Source: Botryllus schlosseri (lineage: Eukaryota). Taken from it: 64,000 bases of DNA. Of the stretch, positions 52,301 to 64,000 are shown one piece after another (the first letter of the stretch is position 1; each line of letters starts with the position of its first letter). Where the stretch lies: the NCBI GenBank assembly GCA_051294905.1, contig CM119376.1, forward strand, positions 30,070,001 to 30,134,000, written 5' to 3'. The translations under genes and the position numbers were made by a program. The notes beneath the pieces were generated by a model. The model ran no database searches and had not been told where the DNA came from. It saw only the letters and a program-made list of their open reading frames with translations.

Positions 52301-55300
52301 CTGCTTCGAAATTCCGACATATCCGTGACCCAGCCCACCTAATCTAAGATTCCACCCACCTGCTATCGTTCACCGCCACCCCGTCTTTCTCCCAAACAAT
52401 ATTGGCCGCCGGTGCGGCGGTATGATGACACGCGATCGTGGTCGGGTGGCTGAAAGCGGCTTGCGTGGTGGACAGGACTGGCGGGTCGATTGCGGGGGCG
52501 TGCGCTGAATGCATGTGCGGTTGAGTGAGAGCAGAGAAATTCGTCTATTTTGTAGCAGACTTCGACAGCCAGATAACTCTAGTTATCTAAATATAGAGCT
52601 ATCTAATCAGAATTTAATTTGCTGCTGTATGATCTCATTTTTATACTAGTTTAATTTCTGGTTTTCTTGAAAATGCTTTAAGACAACTGTATAGTGCGAA
52701 ACGAGCCAAGCATGGCGTTCATATATTTGCCATTCTCGTGTTTTTGAGAATAAACTATGATTTGATGTTAGCTGAACTTTATATTTGTTATATCTCTTTA
52801 TTCTTCGGAATTTAATTTAATTTCTGAGTTTTTGGAAATTCAGTAATTCTAATTTTACCATGGAAAAATACTGTGTAGCAATAATTCAAATTCAAATTTC
52901 AAATTTGGAAAAAAGGAGTATAGCTATAATTTTAATCATGATCTGATTCGGAAAAAAACTGAGTAGTTATATTATTCTAATTTTAGTCTAATTCGAAAAT
53001 GCTGAAATCATTCTAGTTGTACAACTTTGTTTGGTAGAAACGGGGAAGAAACTCACGGCGAACTTTTAGGGCAGCGGCGGAAATGGTGCTGCCGACCACG
53101 TTCGTTGCGACGCATTGATAAATTCCCGAGTCCGAGTCCGATGGAGTCGCAATGGAGAGTCGCGAATATCCGGCTCCGGACTGCAAGAAAAAGTGGAATT
53201 CGGGGATAACAAATGTTTGAGTTACCGTATTTTGAGATCCGAAAAAGAGGACACTTTTTACAAATCACAAAACTTCTAATGTCGGACGAGAAACGGTGAA
53301 TTTGAATATTCACGAGAAATACTGTCGTGTTGATCAAAACAAAGGTCATTTTTCAAATTCGACTCCCGAAAGACCCGCTCTAACGAAATTTAGGTTGTGG
53401 CTGACCATTTTTTAGTTAACCTTGCCGTCACTTATGGCGATTTTTAGTTGCGCCTGTACTATCGCCTGGCTGTCAAAGCTGTGAAGGAGGAATGGATTGC
53501 CAAAACGAGGACATTTGGCGTCCTCGGAGGACATTTTCGATTTCTTGAAAGAGGAGGACAAATCCTCCTAAAAGAGAGCGTGTGGCAAGTTGGTAACCCT
53601 AGTCACGCGTTTTACTACTTCCACTGCTATTCAACATTTTCTATGATGTAGGTAACACTAACCGCAAAATCCACTTGTACTTGTATTTGAGTATACATTT
53701 ACGGTGTTACGTTGACTTACGTACTTAGGTACTTTTAGATTTACGGAGTACTCAAGTAGCTATTGGACACTTGCACCTTGTAACCTAGGCACAAGTTTCC
53801 GAATCATGAGTCAATTTAACTTTTATAGTTTTCAATCGAGTCAAGTCGAGTCATTATCAATTCACTACCAAGTCAATTATTCCGAGTGATGGAGCAACGG
53901 ATCGACTCCAAGTCATAATGTTGACTGTTTATTATCGAGGTCAAGTCAGATTCAATTCTGTTGAACTCTCGGGTGATATCGAAGGCCTCAGATTCATAAT
54001 ATACTCGTTTCTCCCACTCTAAACATGTTTATTCAAACAGATAAATATGACCTGGTCGAGTCATGCGTAATGACTCGAGTATAAGCCGAGTCAATACACA
54101 AAGTGACTCGAGTCGAGTCGAGTGATTTTCCATTTTTAAGAAAAGGATTCGAGTCAAGTCAAGTCGGCGAAAAACTGTGATACGAGTCGAGTCATCACGC
54201 CCATGACTTCAACTACGACCGCACTATCAGAAGTATCTCTCTCTCTCTCTCTCTCTCTGCTCTCTTGCTTGGAAACAGTACAGACGAAGAATCGAATCAA
54301 CCCTCTCTTTTCAACGAGTTCAACCCACCTCGATGTCATAGAGGGTGGTATCTAGCACGTCGTTGTCTTTGTACCATTCGTACGTGGCGCTGGGTGAAGC
54401 GTCCGCGGCGCAGGAGAAAGTCACGGTGCTGCCGAGATCGAATAATCCAGAAGTGATTTCGTTAACCCAACGAGGAGCGTCTAAAATGGAAATCGATTTG
54501 ATGATTTCAGGCCCATCGGACTGGTACGAAATGTAAGAGGTTTAAGCGAACAGATGTCTCCGCACTTTACATACAATTAGATTGTAAGGTCGGATATAAT
54601 AACTCTGCAGACGAAATTTGGCTTAATTCTAACTGGTGTAGCGAAGCTATTAAAGTTGGAAAATTTCCAAGTCATCAAAAATAAATTTAATTTTTTTTCT
54701 TCAAATTTTACTATTTACCGCATGGAATTGTCAAGTTGTCCAATAAAGCGATGCGATGCAAATTTGGCCCAGTTCCAACTGGTAGAAGCGAAGCCATTGG
54801 AGTTGAAAAACAGTAATAATTGTATGTAATCAGAGAATTTATGAAAAACCCGAATAACTTCACTTCTACGTGCTGGAATTGAGTCAAATTTGTTTTGCAT
54901 CGCTTTTGTAGACAACTTAACAACTTCATGGGTTAACCGATAAAATTTGAAAAAGAATCTGTCACAGCTTCCTTTCTATTCGTTGAAATTGAGCCAAATT
55001 AAGTGTGCAGCGTTTTTAACCGACCTAACAATTTTTACTTCTAGCCGAGATATTAAAAATAAATTGAACAACCCTAGTGGTTAGTTACAGAATACTTTTT
55101 TCTAGTATTCAATCATATGTTATTCCTACCTTGAACTGCATACTCCAGTGCTTGTTTTTTAGACTAACGTCTTCTACCACGTTGACCACATCAGCTCGCA
55201 TATACACATTATATATATTTAAATATTTCGCAAATAACCGCACGACCACTCACATTTCAAAGTCAGCCTGCCTTGGGCTGATATTCTGCCCTCAGAGTTT

Positions 55301-58300
55301 TCCGCTGTGCATTTGTAGATTCCTTCCACGTCTCTTCCTGCGTCGATGAAAGCCAGTTGTCCGGACGGGGATACGTGAGCGGTGGTTGGGAGCTCGATAG
55401 AGCCGACCTTTATCCACGTGATCTTTGGGGTCGGGCTGTGAAGCAAACACTTTTGATATGGCGATAGTGGGGAACAGACTTGTACGAACTACCGGGTTTT
55501 CCAATTACGTGACTAGAACTACTCACTTATCAAAATGTGCAACTAGAACTAAAATTAGAATTAGTCACTTTTCAAAATCTGTAACTAGAACCACAACTAG
55601 AACTTGAACTACTCACTTTTCAAATCCCCGGCTATAATTAAAACTGAAACTACTCACTTTTCAAAATCTGTAAATAGAACTAGAACTAGTACTAGTCACT
55701 TTTCAAAACCCCCAGCTATTAATAGAACTGGGACTACTCATTTTTAAAACCTGTAACTAGAACTAGAACTACTCACTTTTCAAAATACACAACTAGAACT
55801 GGAACTACTAATTTTTCAAAACCTGTAACCAGACCTAGAACAAGTCACTTTCAAAATATGCTCAACTAGAACTTGAAATAGTCAACTCACTTTTTAAAAT
55901 ACGTAGCCACAAGTAGAACTGCAAGTACTCACTTTTCAAAATTTGTAACCAAAACTAAAACTAGTACTAGTACTACTAGAACAATTTCATGAGGTAGCCA
56001 GTAACATTTTGAAAACATTTTCAACATTTTTCACTTCTACACCTCCGCTCGTGCTGGTAGGACATGAGTCAAATTCGATGTGAGGCGTTTTTTCGGGCAA
56101 CCTAATAATTTTATCGAATAGCCAGTGAAATTTGGAAAAAAACGTTGTTTTCAATCAACAAACCTATGCATGCACTGCATTACACTATTGTGTAACGTCC
56201 ATTCTTGGTAATAGCATTCTCGATAATGGATTTCTCAGCCGTGTCATGTAAGCTGTTGTCTCACCTTCCCGACGCGAAGCACTCTATGTACGTCACCCCA
56301 TCTAAAAGTACTTCGGTAACGGCGGCAGGCTGTACCATGAACTCAGGCTCGTATGTTGCGACTGGAAAACGAGAGTCTTGTGTAACCGCCTTGATCCTTG
56401 CGCATAATTAGGGCATATCAAAGAATATCGGCCCGGTGTGAATAACAATTTCAGCAGACTTCTAGTTGACTAATTAGACTAATCAGAGCGAAATCCCGGG
56501 AATCTAATTCCAATCTAATTTGTGAAAGTTCCTTTGCTCTCGTTTTAATTTCAATCTGATCTCTGGTTTTCCTGAATGGGCCAGGTTACAAGAGAACTGT
56601 ATGGTGTGAAACGACCAAAGCTTGGTGTGCGGACAACGACCGTTCTTATGCTTATGGGAATGAACTACGATTTAATACGAACTGAACTTCATTTTTGTCG
56701 CATTTCTTTGACGAATTCGGTAATTCTAATTCTAATTCTACAGTCTAGTTTAGAAATATTGTGAAGCTATAATTCTAATTCGAAACTAATTTGGATAAGC
56801 TGAAAACTTAATAGTTTTCCAACACTGCATTGCAGTCGACAAACACGATACATGCCACAAGACAACTGCAAATCCAGAATCTCTGTTAGGCAAGATCAGC
56901 CATAGGTACATTTTCGTGTGCAGAGAAAATGAGGACGCGTTATGTTGCTCTGACTTGAATTAGTTTGCTGTTTATAATTGTTCCTGCAAATTCAATATGC
57001 AACATTCAAGATTCACTTGAACCTGGATCATAGTAACCATTCACTTCCAACAGTTCGATAGAATCGACGACCGAACGTCTGAAAACCAACCTGAGGTTGT
57101 CACAATCAATCCGAAGTTGTTTGCGGTCGCCACCTTTTTCTGTCCTCTCTCTTTCCATGTCGTCATTGCAGTGCAGACGTAGTGACCGCTGTCATCTGGC
57201 TTCGGAACAGAAGGCTTATTAGTTGTTATTTTATCAAAATGTATTTTTATGGATTCATCGTTTCTATCGGTATCTTGTTACAACAATCGCCTGCACGCCT
57301 GCAAGCCCATACCATCAAACACATAACCTTAAAAAAACTTCAGGATGGCTTCGAAGGTTTCTTTCACAGTTTCGATATTTATGTTTCAGAGGTATGTTTA
57401 CAAAAGTATAAAGCATAATCCTGTGGATTGATTTAAACAGGATGAATTCCGATTTAGTGTTGTTCATTCTGACGTGGTAAGTTTTATGGATCATGTAGAT
57501 AACGTCACGCTTTGGTATGAGGCTGTGATCTGTGTAAATTCGTGTTACTCATTCGAAAAGTTAATTTTGTGAGTTGCGGTCATCACTATATATATATTTA
57601 ATATTTACTATATCTTGAGTCTCGTTTACTTGACTGGCTGAGATAATTTTATTCCGAGTATAGCAAGTGTTATTAGGCTTAGTTTGCCAAAATGTGTTTT
57701 TATAGATTCTATGTTTCCATCTGGACTTGTTACGAAACCGTACAGGTTTCAGGCCTATACTAGTCTGCAGGCTTGATTTAGTCAAGATGCATTTTTATAG
57801 ATTCAATTTTTCTTGATAGAAAATCCCACATTTTCAGGCCTACAAGCCTGCACGCACACGCTTAGTTTATCAACATCTTTTTATGGATTCTGTGCTTCTA
57901 CAGCGGCCTTGTTAAAAAAAAACCTACAGGTTTCAGACGTTTGATACCATTGACCTACCTTCGGGTTTGCCAAATAAAGCGTCCCGTCGATCTGCGAGAT
58001 ATATTTCCCGTCGCCACCTTGGGGCGGAATACGTTTGAAAGTTTCGGGGTCCTCCCACATGTAGTAGATGCTAAACTCTGTAAATAGCCTGGCAGTCAGT
58101 TATTCAAATTTTCATCGGATGAAAACAGCGTAAGATTGTGATCTAATGAAAAGATAGGATATGAAGATATATAAAGAAACCAAGATGATGGAGCACACTA
58201 TCCGACTACAGAACAAAATGCTCACCTGGACTGTGGTCAATTTTACCGCACGGCAATTTCACTCCGCGTCCTTGCGATTCCAGCTGGACTTGTGTGGTGG

Positions 58301-58318
58301 GCGTCGGTGCGTGGAATG
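40337..58318 (-). CDS. CNTN: Contactin-family cell adhesion molecule (Ig2-Ig6, 4 FN3, GPI signal), 5'-incomplete
   Basis: Exons (minus): 58226-58318, 57959-58077, 57091-57199, 56265-56361, 55254-55435, 54329-54480, 53057-53180, 52360-52504, 52173-52300, 49996-50177, 49154-49250, 47421-47579, 45974-46117, 45847-45917, 45222-45413, 44336-44444, 44167-44276, 42789-42927, 41964-42136, 41177-41351, 40337-40449; phases are consistent through to TAG. Contactin-like motifs: YEPEF..ECFASG, DAT...CAATKDP..NLNWAW, PPGPP...DNYSPI, APHRVGGGGGN..LVVSW, YVVKVRARNDAGDGP, and the tail GAASVKFNGMIVLLVSLLWILFVKLDL*. The symbol is family-level only; no specific vertebrate paralogue is assigned. Confidence 0.92.
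43374..43924. mobile_element. GACTCGAGTC-rich hAT-type MITE family; other copies near 1-280, 5697-6190, 13459-13940, 17671-18141, 24655-25160, 32305-32830, 33180-33700, 41450-41860, 42990-43240, 45450-45790, 50242-50711, 53790-54220
   Basis: TIR CAGGGTTGTAA / TTACAACCCTG; the copy at 50242-50711 has TSD cgaaacgt / cgaaaagt (7/8); dense gactcgagtcaagtc subterminal arrays and a shared AT-rich core. Confidence 0.85.
47649..48145. mobile_element. hAT-type MITE (related copy at about 23775-24210)
   Basis: TIR tagggctgggca / tgcccagcccta; TSD ctctttac / ctctttta. Confidence 0.75.
52560..53020. repeat. Interspersed repeat rich in TCTAAT/TTAGAA; copies near 23200-23445, 31500-31820, 42240-42690, 56450-56815
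   Basis: Shared core gaactgtata..gtgcgaaacgagccaagc.tgg.gt and aattctaattctaatct arrays; class not determined. Confidence 0.7.
55500..55980. repeat. Minisatellite-like tandem array (roughly 30-40 bp units)
   Basis: About a dozen degenerate copies of tagaactagaactactcacttttcaaaa; related motifs at 640-960 and 48540-48660. Confidence 0.8.
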
Positions 58319-58519
58319 CTGAAATCATTGAATAATATACATTGATATGGATGAACCCAAATATTTTCAGCTAACACTCTTCAAGGGTAATCGTTAGAAA
58401 CTAGTTGAGAATTGGAAAGAACATTGCATATCAACAATGATAAATATTGCTAATAAACAAGTGAGTGAACTGCAATGATATAAATGGAGGCGCTTGTGAT
58501 AGGAACGTGTTACGAAACA

Positions 58520-58870
58520 GCATGTTGCCGACATAAGTAATCAAAGTAGTCATATTTAGTACTCAAGTAGAAGTAGAAGTGAAAGTAACGCCGTCAATTT
58601 GTACTCAAGTACAAGTTGAAGTAACTGTCTACAAGTAAGTAAACAAGTAAGTACTCTAGGCCTATTTTTGCCAGAAAAGATGAAAACTTTCAAGTAGAAG
58701 TAAAAGTAGTCTAAAATCATAACCACTTGAGTAAGTAGTGCGAGTAGGCAAAATATTCTTGAAGTACGTCAAAATAAGAAGTACTTCGCTACTGACCACC
58801 CTAGATCGGATATATTCTTGGTCTCAGCAAAACTTACTTGGAAAGCGCTTATGTACTTGAGTAGAAATTC
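58520..58870. repeat. AAGTAG/TACTT-rich interspersed repeat; related pieces at 7540-7630, 49258-49450, 53660-53770
   Basis: Recurrent tactcaagtagaagtagaagt motifs; end-like sequences tactgaccacccta / agcggtcagtaac. Confidence 0.6.
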
Positions 58871-59084
58871 ATAGTATTAATCTCACTTTTGATTTACAAT
58901 TTTCATTCATTTACTTATCAGGAAATATCTACTTTTACTTGCACATAAGCACATATATAGGTAAGTAGAAATTTTTGACGTTTCTTGCGCTTCCACTCGA
59001 TATTTTCAGTATTTTAAGAACATCTAGTCCTAGAATACTTACTGCTTTACGTACTTGGAACTAACTTGCAACCAGTACATTAAT

Positions 59085-59330
59085 GAAAAATATAGGAACC
59101 ACACAAGGATCTACAGTGACGGCTTTAAAAACGACCACGGATGTGGCGCAGGATTCTTTGTCGAGAGTGTTAAGTACTCTTTTAATGTCGCTCTCCCACA
59201 ACAAGTGTCCGTATTTACTGCGGAGCTTGTCGGGATATTAAAGGGTCTTTTGTGGGCTGAAAACAATCTTCGCCCACAGTGTGAATTGGCTATTTTTTCA
59301 GACAGTCTGAGTGCCGTTTGGGCCATAGCC
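59085..59330 (+). mobile_element. Isolated RNase H domain fragment of a non-LTR retrotransposon
   Basis: HTRIYSDGFKNDHGCGAG...SVFTAELVGILKGL...AIFSDSLSAVWAI contains the D..E..D pattern; no flanking RT ORF is visible. Confidence 0.85.
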
Positions 59331-59654
59331 AGGCCGTGTTATTTTTGGCATATGCCAAAACTGCCAAAAATAAGTTATTTTTGGCATTTTTCGATTTATA
59401 TTTTTGGCAGTTTTGGCATCGTCCTCTAAATAGATAGTTTCAGCCTCGAATTAGTCACAAAAACACTTTATTTGGGCTAGTTTGTCAAAAGACACCACAA
59501 AATGTGCAGCATCCACTTATAATCAGTGCCAACAAACAATAGGAAGAAGGAAAAACCTAACGATTTCATAGGTTAATAATATCAAACGAAACCACAAAAT
59601 GTGCAGTATTCATCGGAATCGGTGCCAATAGGCAAAAAAAAGAGGGAAAAGCCT

Positions 59655-60560
59655 AACAAACACGCTCAACAGCTGATGAATAGACTTAAATCGTTTGCAC
59701 TGTAACAGTGCTTCCAAACCCAGGTCAGCTAAGTTTCTCCTAAATTCATTACTCGCCCGGAGAATCTGGGAAATATCGGCTTCAACAGTAGCCGTTGAGG
59801 GAAAGAATGTTTCCAGTCATCCACAAAAGGTTTTCAGAGCTTCAAAATCTTTGGAGGGCCGGACCGGCTTCCATGCATCATGAATAGAGATCACTTCGCC
59901 AGTGCCATCGATCTCGTCGCGGAAAGAATTGTCTTCCCGATCCTTTTCCAGGAGTTTCCTGTGTTGTCTCTCAACTCATCCTATTTAGTAGCCCGACTAT
60001 CATTTCTCCTTCAGTCTACTGATATATTCACTTCAGGTGGCTTTAATATTACAAACTCGCATGGAAGAGTCCTGGGAAGGTTAGCTTGTTTAAAGGTCAA
60101 CTGCATCTTCAAAATGACTTCACCTTATTTCGTACATTATGTGGTTAGGAATATGAATAAAATAATGAAAATTGAAATTACCTGATAGTTTTCAAGTAAT
60201 TTGAATTACAAATCGAAATTCCGGAAAACGGAAACGAAATCACCCAGCCGTGAAATGACGTCAAGTAGTTGACACAACAAAAAGTCCTTGTTATTTCTGT
60301 TGGCTGTTAGGTGGGATTATTGCTTAGATTTGCTGTGGATTTGGGTCTTTGAGTGGGATCATGAAAGCTGTGAAGGAGATAATTCATAGAGTCAGATGTT
60401 ATGTCGCGTATGGTTGGTCCAATACGCAATATGCCGTACCTACAATGCATTGACATCGCTGCCAAAACCCATCCATATACCGACAGGCGACCGGACGCCA
60501 TTAAGACCAAAAGTGCGGACTTATAGACAACCAAAGGCAGAGTCATTTTCAAATGCGAAT
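59655..60560 (-). pseudogene. Decayed hAT-like transposase C-terminal region
   Basis: Minus strand: W..VRPSKDFEALKTFCG*LETFFPSTATVEADISQILRASNEFRRNLADLGLEALLQCKRF resembles the hAT dimerisation-domain PST..VE..FS...R..L..L pattern; stops and frameshifts are present. Confidence 0.6.
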
Positions 60561-63500
60561 CACGAACAAGTATCTTGCTTCAATGAAGTATCCGAGATAC
60601 GCAACACGCAAGAAAACTGACTACTGAACACATGCAACTCTTGCCGACGTACTGCAGTAGTGCCGTTCATACTTTATTTCCACGCACCAGTGAAATTGTG
60701 GTAATGTCAGAGGAACGCACTTCTAAAGCTATACAAAGTGTCCGAAATCGGTAAGTGAAAATGTACTGTGTCAGCTATAGTTTTGTAAGAGTGTAACTAA
60801 CCGCTTATAGTAGTATTGACTGTGCTATGGTAGTCATCGAAGTATTATTATTGTTTACACTCACGTGCATGTGCAAATAACTGAAATATGTATGCCTTGA
60901 AAAACTTGTAAGTAGAAGTGTACATAGTCTGAAATAAAAACATTTGAAAATCAATTTAGAAAAAAAGATCTATAAATGCATTAGTTACTATAAAGGGAGT
61001 TCATAACCTGCTGACTTCATGACGTATAATGGTTATATATCGCTGACCTCCTATTAATGGAAGAGTTGCTATTACTTTTGAAAATACACTTCTTTTTGTG
61101 TACGGTACATGTGCGGTCATGTAATCATATTAGTTACTTTGGTTATTGAATGAGGAGTGTCAGATATCTGTGACTGAACCTATCAATATTGACCGCTCAG
61201 TAAAAGATGAAAACTTATCACTATCATCATAATAGCCGTAAAGTTAGGTAGGATGCAGTTGGCAATTCTTCATTTTTATGATACTTCCGAACAGCATTTG
61301 GTATAGGTCTACTGCCTTCGATTCGACTTTGTTATAAAACTCAGTGATATTTTTACTCCTGCTCTAGATTCCTGCAATGAAGTTGACGCATTCATTAAAG
61401 CAAGACCAGAAACGGCCGAGTCGACCAAGTCTATTGTGATGATTCATCCTCATTCGACAAACGGCATCGTCAAAATTAGTTGAAAGAAGCTATTGCTGGA
61501 CACAAAACTCTATATTTCTCTCCCTGACACAGTAGTACTGTTGATGGATTGGTTATGTTGCATTTATTATTTTCAATACAACTATTCCTTCACGAAGCAT
61601 TGTAAAATTGAAATCCTTTGAAAGTACTGGATTTGATTGGATGCGCAGACAGGATTTTTCGTTGGCTTTTGTTGCAGAATCCCAGTGGCCAGCCAACAAA
61701 ATTTCCGTGTACAGTTTTTCTCAGCTTCCTAAAAAGCGTAATTGTTGTGTTACTGACGGGTAATTATTTGGCACCCGACTCAACATTTCATGTGATGAGA
61801 CTCATTCGCTCATGCATGAAACTGGATGTTATAATTATATGACAATATTCCTGTTGATATCTATAGCGAGACAATCTCCAATACATACTCTTGATTGAAA
61901 TCCTGATAATGCTGTGATGCACTAATAATTCATTCGTTGCTTGAGGGACCTGTTTGCAGCACTTCAACTCTCCCCTGATAGTTTGCATAAGTTGGCAACC
62001 TCCATCCTCTCAACTGTAATTGATAATACCAAGATTAATAACTGAAGGAGGTTCTCCACCAAATTACACATACCGGTGTATTTCATTTGGTCTAGACAAG
62101 CGGCTTAAGCTGAACAAGCTAGGCTGATCATACTATATATCACTAACATCCTTAGGTTATAGTCATCAATAATCATACTCAAACGACCCCTCGTTTTCGG
62201 AGCAGCAAGAAGTTCCACTGATATGGGATCGAGCACATCAACACTTGAAACGTGTCCTCGTTTCAACATTACTTTCGTAAGTGAGAGGAAAAAGCATACT
62301 TACATTCGACATCTGAATACTCGGACTCGCCTGGTGAATCCATTACAAGCGAAACCTCCGCCATAACTAACCAAGCGCCCTGCTACTGCAAGACCGCCAA
62401 CCCTATAGCATACATCTGCAGCGGCCAGAAGAGATGTCAACTACATGACGTCACAATGAACATTCCGCTTTTTCTGTAAACATACCAATATTGGGACTTT
62501 CGGTCCAAATTACGGCAATTTCCGATTAGTTTGAAATACGGAAAGTCGGCCATTTCGGTATGAAAAAAAATTCTGAACATGATTCCGCAAAGTTGTCTAT
62601 GAAGATGCAGTTGACCTTTAAGAACATTGACGCAACAAGACTGTCTGGCAAAACGAGACTATACAGCTCAGAAATAGCCAGACAGTTTGTTGCGTCACAA
62701 TGTTCAACTCGATCACAATGCAAAAATTGTGGTTGATTTTGGGGGTTCCAGTTCCATGAGCAGAATATAATTTATATTTTGATAATCAGTACTGCGGCAG
62801 CTTCTCATTAGGCCTGGTTACATGTTCAACTCGACTTGGCGTTCAAGTCGTCTCCGGTGACGTCACGCCTCATCTCCGAGCTGACTCGTAAAAGGGCCCT
62901 GTTTACATGATCCTTCAGGAAGCTGTACCGTGGACGACCGGGTGTCGCTTTACCCCTTACAAATTTATATTCGTAGTAAGTCTGGTGGGCAAAGGTACAA
63001 CGACAATGTGTGTTTGGTCGTACTCTGAAACGTTTCTTATCCTCGAAATTAACGAGGATGATGAGATACTCAAATTATCGATATTTGTAGAGGAAAATAA
63101 TCTTGTTCATATCATGATTGTAGAGGAAAACAACAAGTATAAGTTATCAGCTAGCTTTTTCGGCGTCAACGAAGATGGGCCGTGGAGTAGGCGGGAGTAA
63201 CAACTGTTTTGATATTTCAGGCATCACTTGTCGATGCGGTTAAAATAAGGTCATTAACACTCAAGTGACCCACTTGCAAACCCCATGTTCCCTCTAGTTG
63301 TTCGGCCGCTCCTCTGTAACAGACTACCCCATGTATGCCGGTGACTCAAGAGTCACGATACAGCAACTACTGCAGAGACTTTATTGAAGCATCTTGTCGG
63401 CATGATATACCAAATAGGAAGTTAACAATACCAAGAATGTCTATAAAAACTGCCACAAAGAGCAATATAGAGCACTACTACTAAACTGCTACAACACACC

Positions 63501-64000
63501 AATTAAACTTTGGGAAGTGCCAATTTCAGCACCCTCACAACAAACACATAGGCTACCATGAATACAATCTCAAAAGGGCAAGTTGAAAATCGTGAACACC
63601 CGCACGACCGCATCATATCAGCAGAACACTATAACTCAGAACCCAGAACTAAAAACAAAGCAATATTCTCAACACCGCTGCGCTTCATCATCACCAGGAG
63701 AGTCACAAATCTCAATATCATCCTCCCGGGAGGGACACCAGCTCCATCCCATCACACGCGCGCTCGCATCAGTTTAGCCAGTGGAACAGTATGTACGAAA
63801 TGCAGCAATCGTTCATGTATTCCCGTATCGATGTAGCACACTATGCACAGTTCACTATGCATGTCGTAGTCGAATTGTAATACCGGTACAATCCACATAT
63901 CTTCCGCACTGTATAGGCCTAGTCTGAGAAGCGGAAATACAGATGTAACGTTTTACCTTGTCTGCCATTTTATGTAGCTGATGACAGCAACTAGGCTACT

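Noticed and set aside
62907-63200. 97-aa + strand ORF as a gene
   Set aside because: No recognisable domain or splice context, low complexity, and surrounded by repeat debris.
58319-64000. Contactin Ig1 and signal-peptide exons
   Set aside because: I found no Ig-like or signal-like minus-strand exon with matching splice sites; they probably lie beyond the window.

Overview
This is AT-rich, intron-containing animal genomic DNA. The compact introns and gene content suggest an invertebrate chordate such as an ascidian, but that is inference only. Two large spliced genes lie in tandem on the minus strand, and I rebuilt both by hand from GT-AG sites with consistent intron phases. Gene 1 (58318 down to 40337) is a contactin-family adhesion molecule: 21 exons encoding Ig2-Ig6, four FN3 domains and a GPI-type tail. 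Its Ig1 and start were not found and probably lie right of the window. Gene 2 (ATG at 35193, running off the left edge) has at least 27 exons and about 1296 codons. It encodes a secreted protein: signal peptide, WAP domain, 3 CCP (sushi) domains, then four tandem CCP-MAM-EGF units and a further CCP. The WAP+CCP head resembles LEV-9/Hasp-type proteins, but I do not recognise the repeated CCP-shortened MAM-EGF unit from any known protein, and it is the main candidate for novelty. The units arose by tandem duplication of a five-exon phase-1 cassette. Introns and intergenic DNA are packed with non-autonomous DNA transposons (hAT-type with 8-bp TSDs, several nested; a TA-flanked family; a TTAA-flanked Kolobok-like element), plus LINE 3' ends, a LINE RNase H fragment, a Penelope-like remnant and a decayed hAT-like transposase.
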